From Guillardia theta CCMP2712 (Eukaryota; Protista; Cryptophyta): a stretch of 64,000 bases of DNA. Shown here one piece after another: positions 47,836 through 59,110 of the stretch; position 1 is the stretch's first letter, and each line of letters opens with the position of its first letter. The notes under the pieces were generated by a model. The model had not been told where the DNA came from and searched no databases. It was given only the letters and a program-made list of their open reading frames with translations. The stretch is taken from assembly GCF_000315625.1 (NCBI RefSeq), contig NW_005434549.1, forward strand, positions 136,004 to 200,003, given 5' to 3'. The position numbers and the translations under genes are program-made.

Positions 47836-50800
47836 ATGTCTCTGAGCGATGCGCACTACTTCGAGGAGATGGGAGTCAAGAAGTACGAGGAGATCCGACG
47901 GCTGCTGGACTCTCGTGAGAAGAAGGACAAGCTGGAAGGGATGAAAAGGCTGATGGCCATGATTTCCATCGGCAGAGATGCATCTAACTACTATCCGGAC
48001 GTCGTCAAGAACGTTGTGTCTGACTCGCTGGAGGTCAAGAAGCTGGTCTACCAGTTCCTCATTCACTACGCTGAGCTCAAGTCCAACGAGGCTCTCCTCA
48101 CCATCAACACCTTCCAGAAGGACTTGTCCGACACCAACCAGCTCATCCGCTCCTCTGCGCTGCGCGTTATGACGAGCATCCGCGTCGCCCTCATCGCTCA
48201 GCTTCAGGTGATGGCGATCAAGCAGTGTGTCCGCGACAGCTCGCCCTACGTCCGCAAGGCAGCAGCGCATGCTGTTGCCAAAGTGTTCGCGCTCGACCCC
48301 GACCAGGGGGAAGCGCTTAAAGAGCTGATCCAGGGCCTCCTGCAGGACAACTCCACCATGGTGCTCGGCAGTGCGGTGGCGGCGTTTAATGAAGTTTGCC
48401 CGGACAACTGGGACCTGATACATCCCAACTTCAGGAAGATGGTGCGGCTGTGCGCGGACACGGACGAATGGGGGCAGATTATGCTGCTGAACATGTTCAC
48501 TCGGTACGGCAGGAAGTTCTTCCTCGACCCGTCGACCCTCGAGAAGGAGCCCAAGGACACCAACGATGATGGGGAGAAGAAGAAGAAGAAGAAGAAGAAG
48601 AAGAAGGCCTTCTACTCCGACGATGAATCGTCGAAGAGCAGTAGCAGCAGCGAGTCAGAAAGCTCTTCTGAGGACGAGGATGAGGAGCCAGAGCTTGATC
48701 CGGACCACGCCATGCTCCTCTCGTCAACCCTCCCGCTGCTGAGGAGCAGAAACGCCGGAGTGGTGATGTCAGTGGCGACTCTCTTCCATTACCTGGCACC
48801 TCGAGCACAGGTGGCCAAGGTTGGAAAGAGCCTGGTCAGGGTGCTCAAGAACAATCGAGAGACGCAGTACCTGGTCCTCAAGAACATCGCTACTCTAGTC
48901 CTCAGCCGCCCGGAGATGTTCGATGGATCCGCCAAGGAGTTCTTCCTGCGGGCGCATGACAGCACGGCCTCTGCCCTGCTCAAGCTGGAGGTCTTGTCCC
49001 AGCTTGTCAACGAGAGCAACTCCCAGCTGATCATGCGCGAGTTCAACGCCTACATCAAAGACACGTCGAGAGATACCGTACTCATCGCTGCCACCATTCA
49101 AGCCATCGGCAGGGTCGCGGCCTGGCACCCTTCGCTCACCGACACCTGCCTGCGCGGCCTGATGACTCTCATCTCCAACTCCAAGAACGAGCAGATGGTG
49201 GCAGAGAGCGTCGTCGTCGTCCGAGCTCTCGTCCAGCAAGCTCCCGAGCAGCGGGTTCGCATCATCAAGCAGCTCATCAAGCGCCTGGAGAACATCAAGG
49301 CTGCCCCGGCTCGCGCGAGCGTCATCTGGATGGTGGGGGCCTATCACAACCTGATCCCTCAAGTCGCTCCTGACGTCCTCCGCGAACTCCTCAAAGTCTT
49401 CAAGACGGAGAGCACGCAGGTGAAGCTCCAGATCCTCAACCTGTCCTGCCGCCTGTTCCTCACCGAGCCCGACACGTGCACGCCCATGTTCGTCTACGTC
49501 CTCGACATGTCGCGCTACGACACGGACTTCGACATCCGCGACCGAGCCCGCATGATGCGCACCATCCTCTTGACGGACAAGTGCGACAAGCTCAAGGAAA
49601 AGGCGTCACAAATCTTCCTCGGGGAGCGCAAGGCCCCGGAGTTCTACGCGCCCTCGAGGGACAGCGAGTCGTTCTCGCTCAACTCTCTCTCGCACGCCGT
49701 CAGCCATCACGTGGCAGGCTACATCGAGATCCCCGACTTCCCCGAGGACGTGCCGGATGGGTCCATCCGGGACCCGATCATCTCCTCGTCGTCGGAACGG
49801 TCGGACAACAAGACGAGCAGCAAGAAGGACGAGAAGAGGATGAAGAGGGAGGTCAGTGACTTCTACAAGGAGTCTGACAGCAGCGGGTCTGAGGACGACT
49901 CGAGCGACAGCAGCGACGGGAAGGGCTCGTCGGACAGCGACAGTGACAGCGACTCTTCGTCCTCCAGCGACGACTCTGACTCCTCCAAGGGAAGCAGCTC
50001 CGACAGCGACGACTCGGCGCGGGAGAAGAAGGCCAGTCAGAAGAAGAAAGCTTCTGCCAAGAAGGCGAAGCAGGAGGAATCGTCCTCGGACACGGACTCC
50101 GACTCGGACGACTCCGACTCCGACTCTGACTCGGACAGCAGCACGGAGAGGAGGAAGAAGAAGCAGGAGGAAGCGAAGAAGAAGGCCAAGGCGGCAGAAC
50201 AGAAGGCTGCGGCAGCCAAGAAGGACGCGCCTCCTCCCTCCAAGAACAAGTCCAAGGAGGAGAAACCCAAGGCAAAGGCGCAGGAGCCGGTTGCTTCGCT
50301 CATCGACCTCGGAGACCAGCAGGGCGTCTCGTCGCTGCTGGATACTTCTACTCCCTCCTCCGCCAAGCCCCTCACCCTGCAGGTCGAGACGTCGGGAGGG
50401 ATCTCGCCGCAGGGCTCCAAGCAGGCTGCGGCGACGCCGACGGGCAAGGCAGCAGCGTCGATGCTGGACAAGGACAAGTTGCTCGTGCACAACCTGCTGC
50501 ACTTCGCCAACGGGGGAGGGCTGAACGTGGAGTACTGCTTCACGCGAGAAGAGAGCATGTACGGTGTTGGGATGAACACAGTCAAGCTCTCCCTGCACAA
50601 CACAACCAACGTGCTGATGCAGAACGTGAGGATCGGAGACAAGAGACTCGAAGCGGTGAGGCTGCTTGCTCTCGATGGAGGTGTTGGTGCTGATGCGTCG
50701 GCTGGCAGGGGATGGAGCTCGAGCCTTTCTCCGACGTCGCTCTTCTCCCTGCCTCCTCCACCAACTCCGTCAAAATCCACATCAACTTCGGGGGCAAGAT

Positions 50801-51514
50801 GAGGTCTGCCAAGTTCGACCTCGTCACGGATAAGGTGAGAAACCTCCTCTCCTGCTGGGGTGGAGCTGAGTCAGACGCGCAGGGAACGTACCCGGTGGCC
50901 CTGACACCCTCAGCTGGGGAGCTGGTGAACCCGCTGCTGCTGTCGGAGCCCGAGTTCGACGAGCTTGCAAAGGGTCTGCGAGGGATGCACGAATGCAAGC
51001 TGACCCTCCCCCCTGTCGATGACAAACCTGCGGAAGAGATCAGAGAGAAGGTTGCGGAAGCCTTTCCCTCATCGCTCTCCTTCTCCTCCCTCCTTCTACT
51101 CCCTCCTTTTTCCTCCTTTTCCCCCTTCCATCTACTTCTCCTTCCCTGACGTTACCGCGCAGGTTTTGTTGCTTTGTAATATGTATCCAGTGGACAGCCA
51201 GACCGAAGGCATCTATAAGGTAGGAGGAGGAGGAGGAGGAGGAGGAGGAGGAGGAGGAAAAGAGCTAACATGGGACAGTTTGCGGGAAGAGATCTCGGAG
51301 GAGAGGCGAAGAACGTCGTGCTGGTGGCGCTAGACGTGCAGGTGGGTGGTTGGCCTGAAGCTTGCGGGATCTGACAGCCAGCAGGGAACGCTGGTGGGTA
51401 GGAGTGAGAGCACGCTGCTGAGCCGGCAGATCGTCAAGGTAACTCAGAGGAGACCCGATCGGCTGCGAGCTTAATATGCCATGGCAGGAGCTGAAGGATG
51501 CCTTCTTGAAGTAG
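47836..51514 (+). CDS. AP3B: AP-3 adaptor complex subunit beta
   Basis: Adaptin-N trunk (KLEGMKRLMAMISIGRDAS..EVKKLVY..LLTINTFQKDLSD.NQLIRSSALRVM), AP3B-type acidic insert followed by LDPDH.LL, YDTDFDIRDRAR, S/D/K-rich hinge, and LLHFANGGGLNVEY appendage. Exon 1 is 47836-50655, then 50709-50834, 50883-51050, 51163-51219 and short exons to TAG 51512-51514. Confidence 0.95.
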
Positions 51515-51784
51515 CCTCCTCATCTTCTCCTCCTCCTCTCCTCCTCTTCCTCCTCCTCTCCTCTGCTTCTCTTCTCTTACTAAAGGCGTTGTCGCAACTT
51601 CTCGACTCTTTCTCTCACTCGCAAACACTCCAACTTTCAACTGAGCAGCAGCATCCCGCCAGTCTCTACCTGCTCCCCAGCAGGGGCCATGGCAGTACCA
51701 GCACATGCTGCTGGTGCTCCTCTAGTCTGGCAGCAGACAGGCCCAGCAGCTCCTCTATCCTCCCTTCCCCCCTTCCCCCAAGTA

Positions 51785-54070
51785 TCAGAATGAAAGTGTG
51801 TGATTGATACACATGGTGAAGATTTCAAATCTGCAAGTAAGAATGCGTATGTCTCTTCGAATATATTCAGCTCACTTGAAGTCATTCACTCGCAAGACTC
51901 TCCTCCTCTCAACATTCACCAGCATGATCATATTTTTACCATCAGCCTCCTGCAGATGTCTTTGTAAAGGTCCTGCACCATCGGTCAGTGAGCGCGACAT
52001 GGAGTTTGTAGTCTACGTTGTCCCCAGAGACTAGGTCTGAAACAAGCAGCAGAAGATTATCTTTGACCTCTTGGCCGTTGACTGGTTTGACCATACAGAG
52101 CAGTCAACGGCAAGAAACGTTTTTGATCGGCACAACTCACTCGCAACAATCTTGGAGAAGCGGAAGGAGAACCTGACTTTGTTCTTCTCTCCTTTGATGG
52201 AGCAAGAGTTGCTCGACCGGATGGTGACCTACAAGGGTTGTCATCATCCCAGCAGCAGATCTTGGTTGCACAAGAGTTTGTCGGCACCTTGTACTCTGTT
52301 AAAAGTTTGATCATGTCGCCGACAGCTTTTGCAAGCTCCTGTCAAGACTCTCAGATAAGGATACAGCTGGGGCATCAGAGCTCTGCCTTGGATGTGACAT
52401 TCGCCAGGTTTGAGCTCTTCTCAGCTCCTCTCAGCAACTGCATCTCCTCGGAGGCCTCCACGGAGATGCTGAGACATCCAGTAAGATCGACGAGATGTAA
52501 CGTGTACCAGCACCGTCTCTTGGGTGACTTGTAGATGCCGGAAGCACTTGTATCCCCCGATCGTTTGGTGTTGAACAGCTGCCTCTGTCTCGATGGCTCA
52601 CGCGTGGAAAGAAGCGTGAAGAACCAAACATACCATGGAGTTAGTCTGTGAAGCATTGCACCACAACGCAATGTTCTTGTTGTCGTGTGTTTGTGAGATG
52701 GCAGACTCGTGGTCCTCTGACTTCACTCTCAGGTCAATCCAAAATCGGTTTCCTTGGGCTCGCCCTGCAAGAAGTTGCTCAGCAGGTCCAACGAGTAACG
52801 GGGCACCAGACCTTGAGCATAGTACTGGTGGGGCAGGGAGTTAGGGAAGAGAAGCTCGTAGGCTACGTCAGGCAATGGCTGCACAATGGCCGCCTTCGTG
52901 CTCGTCGGTTGATCCTCCTTCCCAGGCTCGAGGTTGAACGAGGAGAAGTCACTCTGCAGGCGAGTCAGGGGCGAGCAGAGGGGATAGGAAGGATGACCAC
53001 TATCTCCTGATCGAACTCTTCTCCGAGGTCGATGAACCTGTCGTTCATGACTTGAATCCAAGGATGCTCCCACGCCTGCATCCAGTCGGTGGGTCATCGT
53101 CGGGCAGCTCTGGACCTGCTCACCTTGCTGATGTGGATGCGCTTCTTGGAGTCGATCTTCATGAAACCTCGGATCAAGTCCGAGACCTCTGCAAGATCGT
53201 CAAACATCCCCAGCACATCGTCACCAAGACCTGGGGAGCAGGAGGATGGGATGCTGTATATTCCTTTCTGTATCTTGTTGAACCTGAGGGCACAATCAAG
53301 TCAATGAGATCAAGGCAACCGGCGCCGCAGCTTACAGCTCTGGTTGGTTGTCTGCTCTGAAGGGACACCTCCCGACGACGAGGGTGTAGAGAGTCGCTCC
53401 CAGACTCCACAGGTCTATCGCTATTCCATCGTACTTCTGGCCCATGATGATTTCCGGTGCAGCGTAACTGACAGTCAAGTCATCCTTACTGTCCCGCGAG
53501 TCAAGATTCTCACCATGGGGTACCACAGATGGTCTTGAGAAGCTCTCCGGGTTTGATGTCATTGCTCAGCCCAAAGTCGGCAATCTTGCAGACGTACTTG
53601 CCAAAGTCCTGCTCTACCAGCAAGATGTTCTCAGGCTTCAGATCGCGGTGTGAGATCTCCTGCCGATGGCAGAAGTCAACCCCGCTCATGATCTGGGTGA
53701 AGAACTGCCGGGCCTCCAGCTCTTGTAGCTTCCCCTTGGAGACGACATAGTTGTACAGCTCTCCCCCACTCGCAAAGTCGAGGACAAGAAAGAGCTTCGT
53801 TCCTCTCTCGATGCACTCGTGCATTGATATGATGTTAGGGTGGGAGATGTTCTTCAGCACATGCATCTCCCGCAAAACCCTCTCCAGGTCCTTCACGTTG
53901 TGGATCCTCGACTTGTCCACAATCTTGACAGCAAAGACCTGATTCGTTGACACATGGGTAGCGAGCCTGACCTTGGAGTATGCTCCTGCCCCGATCACCT
54001 TCCCCAGGTCGTAGAACCCGATGTTCTTTGTGTCTCCTTCCTCCCTCTTGTCTGTTGCGGCGCTCGACAT
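51785..54070 (-). CDS. AMPK/SNF1/MARK-family Ser/Thr kinase with KA1-like C-terminus
   Basis: [51 protein letters not shown]|.YAAPE..KYDG..IDLWSLG. C-terminal exons IKLLTEYK|[35 protein letters not shown]|[14 protein letters not shown]. Confidence 0.92.
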
Positions 54071-54399
54071 GGCTCACGTCTCACAAGCTTACGACTCTGC
54101 ACAGCATGGAAGATGGGAGAATACGCTGCTGGCGCTATCCAAGTCTGCTGCCACACTCATGAGAGCGGTTGCTTTCCTCCATCGCCGTTGCAACTTGTTC
54201 ACCTTACATGTATCAAGGCAGCAACTCGAGCTGAAACGCTTTCATGGCAACACGTCTCCTTCCTCTCCTGCTCAATGACTGGTGCCTCCTCTTTCCCCTC
54301 CTTCCCTCCTGCTCCTCAGCCCTGCCGCCCCACCATGGAGGCCCCCAGAGCGGCAGTCGGACAACGCGGCATGCGGAGCTCAGCCAGTCTGACGATCCG

Positions 54400-55330
54400 A
54401 TCCGAGCCCGCCTCAAGGATCCAGCAGCTGACAGTCAACCGGACCTAACTGAACTCATCATATCTCAGTCACACGGCACGGTGGCCGGGCCCGCCGGGCC
54501 ACCGTGGCACGTTCGGAAGTTCCGAAGTGACACCCCCGGCCCCGCTGGTGTACGGTGACTCAAACTTCACCGTCAGCTCAGCTGGTGATCATCGGACGTC
54601 GGACCGTGGCAGTCCGACTGCCACGGGGGCCACCAGCGCCACCCCGTGGGGCCGGGCGGCCGGGGTGACTGCGGGCCGGGCCGGGGCGGGCAGCCTCACG
54701 GTGAGTCCGATCACGGCACCGTCGGTGGTGCGGCCTGGGCCCGGCGGGCGGCCGCCCGGCGCCGCTCAGCCCCGGCCGGGGGGCTCGGAGGCTCACTGCC
54801 GTGAGTCACGGATGCTCGGAGTGTCCGACCCCCAACTTGGCAAGCTGAGCCGCTGAATCACGGCGGATCCGGCCGCCGCGCCCCCCCGGGCATCCGATCC
54901 GACCGTGCCCGGGGCCCGGGGGCGACTCGCCGAGTCGTCGAAGCTCAGGGGCTCAGTGCCCGGGCCCCGGCGGGTGTGGCAGCGGCCCCCCGGAACTTCA
55001 AGGTGACTCTGGGACCCGGGCCGGGCCGGCAGCCGCGCCGGAGATCGGATGGGCCTGATCCGAGCCTGCCAGCCGGACCGTTAAAGATCACTGGCATGGA
55101 TTCCGGGTCCCAAGACTCGGCCGTCCGACTGAGTCAGGGTGAAAAAAATGATCTTTCATGCGGGAATCGGAAATTCGCTCTTGTCAGCCTCTGGGAGCCC
55201 AGTGGGCGGCCAGAGAGACTCAGTCCGAACTCAAGTTGGCGGACCGCACCGTCCCACCCAACGGCCTTGAGTACTTAAAGCCGCCTCCGAACCGTTTGCC
55301 GGAAACATCAAGTATCAGTGGCAGGAATGA
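54400..55330. repeat. GC-rich palindrome-rich intergenic island
   Basis: Same word set (gtgactc, ccgatc, aactt, cccggg). Lies upstream of the kinase and next to the inverted repeat. Confidence 0.65.
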
Positions 55331-55512
55331 AGCTGCGGTACGGTAGAAGATGCCAGAAGACCCGAGCACATTCAGTCAGTGTCATTTACAATGTATTGCA
55401 GTCTCCCAATCAAAAATAAAATTACAGCTTCTACGCGCAAAAAACCTAGATGGCCTCGGAGAGCCTCAACCCTCATACTGGTGACCGCGCGGACCAACTT
55501 CAACATTCACCA

Positions 55513-56589
55513 TCACATCTCTCGGTCTAACGCAGCCCGAGCGCGCTTGCCTCCCCTCTCCTCCTGCTCGTTCCTTTTCGCATCTCTCCTCTTCTGCGAC
55601 CGCTCCCTCGCCTTGTCGGTGATCTGCTTGTACTTGGCCACTGCCTCCTGGCAGTACTTGAGAGCAACCTTGTATTGCCTGTCTCGCTCGTCCAGGTACA
55701 TGGACGCCTTGAAGTCGTTGATGAGGTTGTCTCCCTTGCGCTTGGTGGTCCCCGTCATCAGCCCAGCCTGCAGCATCATGTTCGTCACGTCGTTGCTGTA
55801 GTCCGACCGGCTCATGTCGTGCGCCCTCTTCTCCTTCCCGCACTGCTGCACTGCCAGCTTCACGTCGCGAGCGACCTCGTTGAAGCTCGTGTGGATGTCC
55901 TCCATGTCCGGCACAGACCCTGGCTTGCGTGGTGTGACCACGACCGTCAATCCGCACAGGTGGAAATGTCTGCCCTCGCGCATGTACACCATCCGTCTCC
56001 CCTCCACCGCCAGCTGCTTGCCATCGCCGGAGTAGTCGATCTCCTCCATCGTCACGCCCCCTCCTCTAGCCAAGGCCATCTCGATGAAGCGATGCTCGAG
56101 ACGCTTGGACTCCTCCTTGTCCAGTACGAGCTGGTACTCTTCGATGCCCACCCGCGTGCGGACGCTCTCTTCCTGCATGATCGCCTCCTGCTCACCCGCC
56201 TCCTGCTGTCCTGCCTCCTGCTCGATCAGCATCTGCCGTATCAAGCCTTGATCGTATTCTGGTTCCTCCTGCTTCACGCTATTACTCAATGCGGCGTGAA
56301 TGCTGGGTCCGTTGTAGAGGGCCTCGCTGTGGTGCTGCACACTTTGCAGGGTGTTGTCCAGAAGATCATCGATCTCAAACCCCTGCAGATAGTCATCCAG
56401 GCAGTCATGGGAGAGCTGTGCTGTATCGTAGAGGATATGGGTGTCAGTGTCCCTCGGCAGCCAGAGCTCGAGCTCGTCGTCTTGCATGGTAGAGTTGTAC
56501 ATGTCGGTGGAGGTTTGCTGGAGGAGGGGAGGTGCTGAATATACAGAGCTGGCTCCTACCCCTACCCTTGAAGTATCTCGGTCGATCAT
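55513..56589 (-). CDS. Orphan intronless protein (358 aa; acidic N-half, basic coiled-coil C-terminus), copy A
   Basis: ORF track. GC3-rich codon usage. Near-identical to 57135-58211. The real start may be the internal MYNSTMQ. Confidence 0.75.
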   Translation of the reverse strand: MIDRDTSRVGVGASSVYSAPPLLQQTSTDMYNSTMQDDELELWLPRDTDTHILYDTAQLSHDCLDDYLQGFEIDDLLDNTLQSVQHHSEALYNGPSIHAALSNSVKQEEPEYDQGLIRQMLIEQEAGQQEAGEQEAIMQEESVRTRVGIEEYQLVLDKEESKRLEHRFIEMALARGGGVTMEEIDYSGDGKQLAVEGRRMVYMREGRHFHLCGLTVVVTPRKPGSVPDMEDIHTSFNEVARDVKLAVQQCGKEKRAHDMSRSDYSNDVTNMMLQAGLMTGTTKRKGDNLINDFKASMYLDERDRQYKVALKYCQEAVAKYKQITDKARERSQKRRDAKRNEQEERGGKRARAALDREM

Positions 56590-57134
56590 CCCTACCCCCT
56601 CTTACGAGCAATGTTGGCACAGGGAGGATGGCCGTACGTAGAACCCGTCCTTGGGACTACTTGTACCCCCTGTTGGTCCAATGGGAGAGGTAGGGGTGAT
56701 ATGCAGAGCCCCCTGTTGGTACCAGGCATGTGACATGGGGGTCCCAGTCTACCCCTCATTGTCGATGTTTCGATCACCCTACCCCCTCGTTTCTGAGATC
56801 CCACGAACGGGGACAAACCATCCCTCCAGTTCCTGGTCACAAATCTCGAGTTCCTGGTGACAAATTTATTTATTTAATTTGAAATATCCAGATATAATTT
56901 GAAACAATGATGAAAACATAGTTTAGCAACATGGACTAGACACCCGGTACCCAGTTCGAACCCTCAGGACCGGGTGGATAGGATCCCCATGTCACATGCT
57001 TGGTACCAACAGGGGGCTCTGCATATCACCCCTACCTCTCCCATTGGACCAACAGGGGGTACAAGTAGTCCCAAGGACGGGTTCTACGTACGGCCATCCT
57101 CCCGTGCCAACATTGCTCGTAAGAGGGGGTAGGG

Positions 57135-58211
57135 ATGATCGACCGAGATACTTCAAGGGTAGGGGTAGGAGCCAGCTCTGTATATTCGGAACCTCCCCTC
57201 CTCCAGCAAACCTCCACCGACATGTACAACTCTACCATGCAAGACGACGAGCTCGAGCTCTGGCTGCCGAGGGACACTGACACCCATATCCTCTACGATA
57301 CAGCACAGCTCTCCCATGACTGCCTGGATGACTATCTGCAGGGGTTTGAGATCGATGATCTTCTGGACAACACCCTGCACAGTGTGCAGCACCACAGCGA
57401 GGCCCTCTACAACGGACCCAGCATTCACGCCGCATTGAGTAATAGCGTGAAGCAGGAGGAACCAGAATACGATCAAGACTTGATACGGCAGATGCTGATC
57501 CAGCAGGAGGCAGGACAGCAGGAGGCGGGTGAGCAGGAGGCGATCATGCAGGAAGAGAGCGTCCGCACGCGGGTGGGCATCGAAGAGTACCAGCTCGTAC
57601 TGGACAAGGAGGAGTCCAAGCGTCTCGAGCATCGCTTCATCGAGATGGCCTTGGCTAGAGGAGGGGGCGTGACGATGGAGGAGATCGACTACTCCGGCGA
57701 TGGCAAGCAGCTGGCGGTGGAGGGGAGACGGATGGTGTACATGCGCGAGGGCAGACATTTCCACCTGTGCGGATTGACGGTCGTGGTCACACCACGCAAG
57801 CCAGAGTCTATGCCGGACATGGAGGACATCCACACGAGCTTCAACGAGGTCGCTCGCGACGTGAAGCTGGCAGTGCAGCAGTGCGGGAAGGAGAAGAGGG
57901 CGCACGACATGAGCCGGTCGGACTACAGCAACGACGTGACGAACATGATGCTGCAGGCTGGGCTGATGACGGGGACCACCAAGCGCAAGGGAGACAACCT
58001 CATCAACGACTTCAAGGCGTCCATGTACCTGGACGAGCGAGACAGGCAATACAAGGTTGCTCTCAAGTACTGCCAGGAGGCAGTGGCCAAGTACAAGCAG
58101 ATCACCGACAAGGCGAGGGAGCGGTCGCAGAAGAGGAGAGATGCGAAAAGGAACGAGCAGGAGGAGAGGGGAGGCAAGCGCACTCGGGCTGCGTTAGACC
58201 GAGAGATGTGA
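57135..58211 (+). CDS. Orphan intronless protein (358 aa), copy B
   Basis: ORF track. Differs from copy A at 7 residues. Confidence 0.75.
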   Translation: MIDRDTSRVGVGASSVYSEPPLLQQTSTDMYNSTMQDDELELWLPRDTDTHILYDTAQLSHDCLDDYLQGFEIDDLLDNTLHSVQHHSEALYNGPSIHAALSNSVKQEEPEYDQDLIRQMLIQQEAGQQEAGEQEAIMQEESVRTRVGIEEYQLVLDKEESKRLEHRFIEMALARGGGVTMEEIDYSGDGKQLAVEGRRMVYMREGRHFHLCGLTVVVTPRKPESMPDMEDIHTSFNEVARDVKLAVQQCGKEKRAHDMSRSDYSNDVTNMMLQAGLMTGTTKRKGDNLINDFKASMYLDERDRQYKVALKYCQEAVAKYKQITDKARERSQKRRDAKRNEQEERGGKRTRAALDREM

Positions 58212-59110
58212 TGGTGAATGTTGAAGTTGCTCCGCGCGGTCACCAGTATGAGGGTTGAGGCTCTCCGAGGCCATCTAGGTTTTTTGCGCGTAGAAGCTGT
58301 AATTTTATTTTTGATTGGGAGACTGCAATACATTGTAAATGACACTGACTGAATGTGCACGGGTCTACTTGACAATCAAGCATCCATGACACATCATTTT
58401 GAGACAAGTTGAACAAACAATCCTTCAACATGCATGTACACTGTGTTTGCTTTGTTTTCTTCTGTTTAGGACTCAATTTCCTCCTAGTATCCGCCTTCCT
58501 GCCTGACTGCAAGTTTACCTGCCTGACTGCCCGTCTGCCTTTTTGCCGTCTTGTTGGCACTTTAACGATCCGTTTGATCTTATGTGCCTGCCTGTCCTTT
58601 CGTTCTCCCGACTTCCCCACAATCCTCATTCATACCATACTCCAACTCCTCTTGTCTTCTTTCATCCACCTTGTTCATCAACTTGACTTTGTCGAACTGT
58701 ACGTCACAACCTGCCTGCCATCGATAATTATAGTTGCAACTCCCTTCCAACAAGCACTTGCCTCTTTGTCCTTACGAAACATGACACCATTCTAAGTATC
58801 TGCATTGTGTCCTCTTTCTGAATCTCTCTTTCACTCTCCTGCTGTCTTCTTCAGCATCATTCCCTTCCCCTCTCTCAGATCTTCGCCGCTGACGGAGACA
58901 TGTTTAATTGCCCCAGTGTGGGATATTTGGTTTTGAAAATTTGATCTCTGTTTTGTTGTCGGGGGGCAGTGTGTCACAAAATTGAAACTTTAAGGCTTAT
59001 TTAATCATTTGTTTTCAAATATACAGTAAAAACAATTCAATGGTGAATTAGTTTTGATGTCTACGTGAAATATCGAGAAAGCGCCTCCTAGTCCAAGCGC
59101 GGGAAGGATC

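Larger units (their letters stand above)
55366..58358. repeat. Long inverted repeat (arms ~1.38 kb, spacer ~236 bp)
   Basis: Arm 55366-56744 is the reverse complement of 56981-58358, with about a dozen substitutions and a 1-bp indel seen by eye. The spacer is AT-rich. Confidence 0.95.

Noticed and set aside
49606-50780. Long antisense/alternative-frame ORFs over AP3B (also 61351-62556, 55675-56538, 57153-58049, 18398-19276)
   Set aside because: Shadow ORFs expected from GC3-rich codon usage on the opposite strand or frame.
55513-58211. 358-aa ORFs as transposase/integrase and the arms as TIRs
   Set aside because: No DDE, HUH, tyrosine-recombinase or RT motif was recognised, no target-site duplication was seen, and the genes are inside the arms rather than between them.
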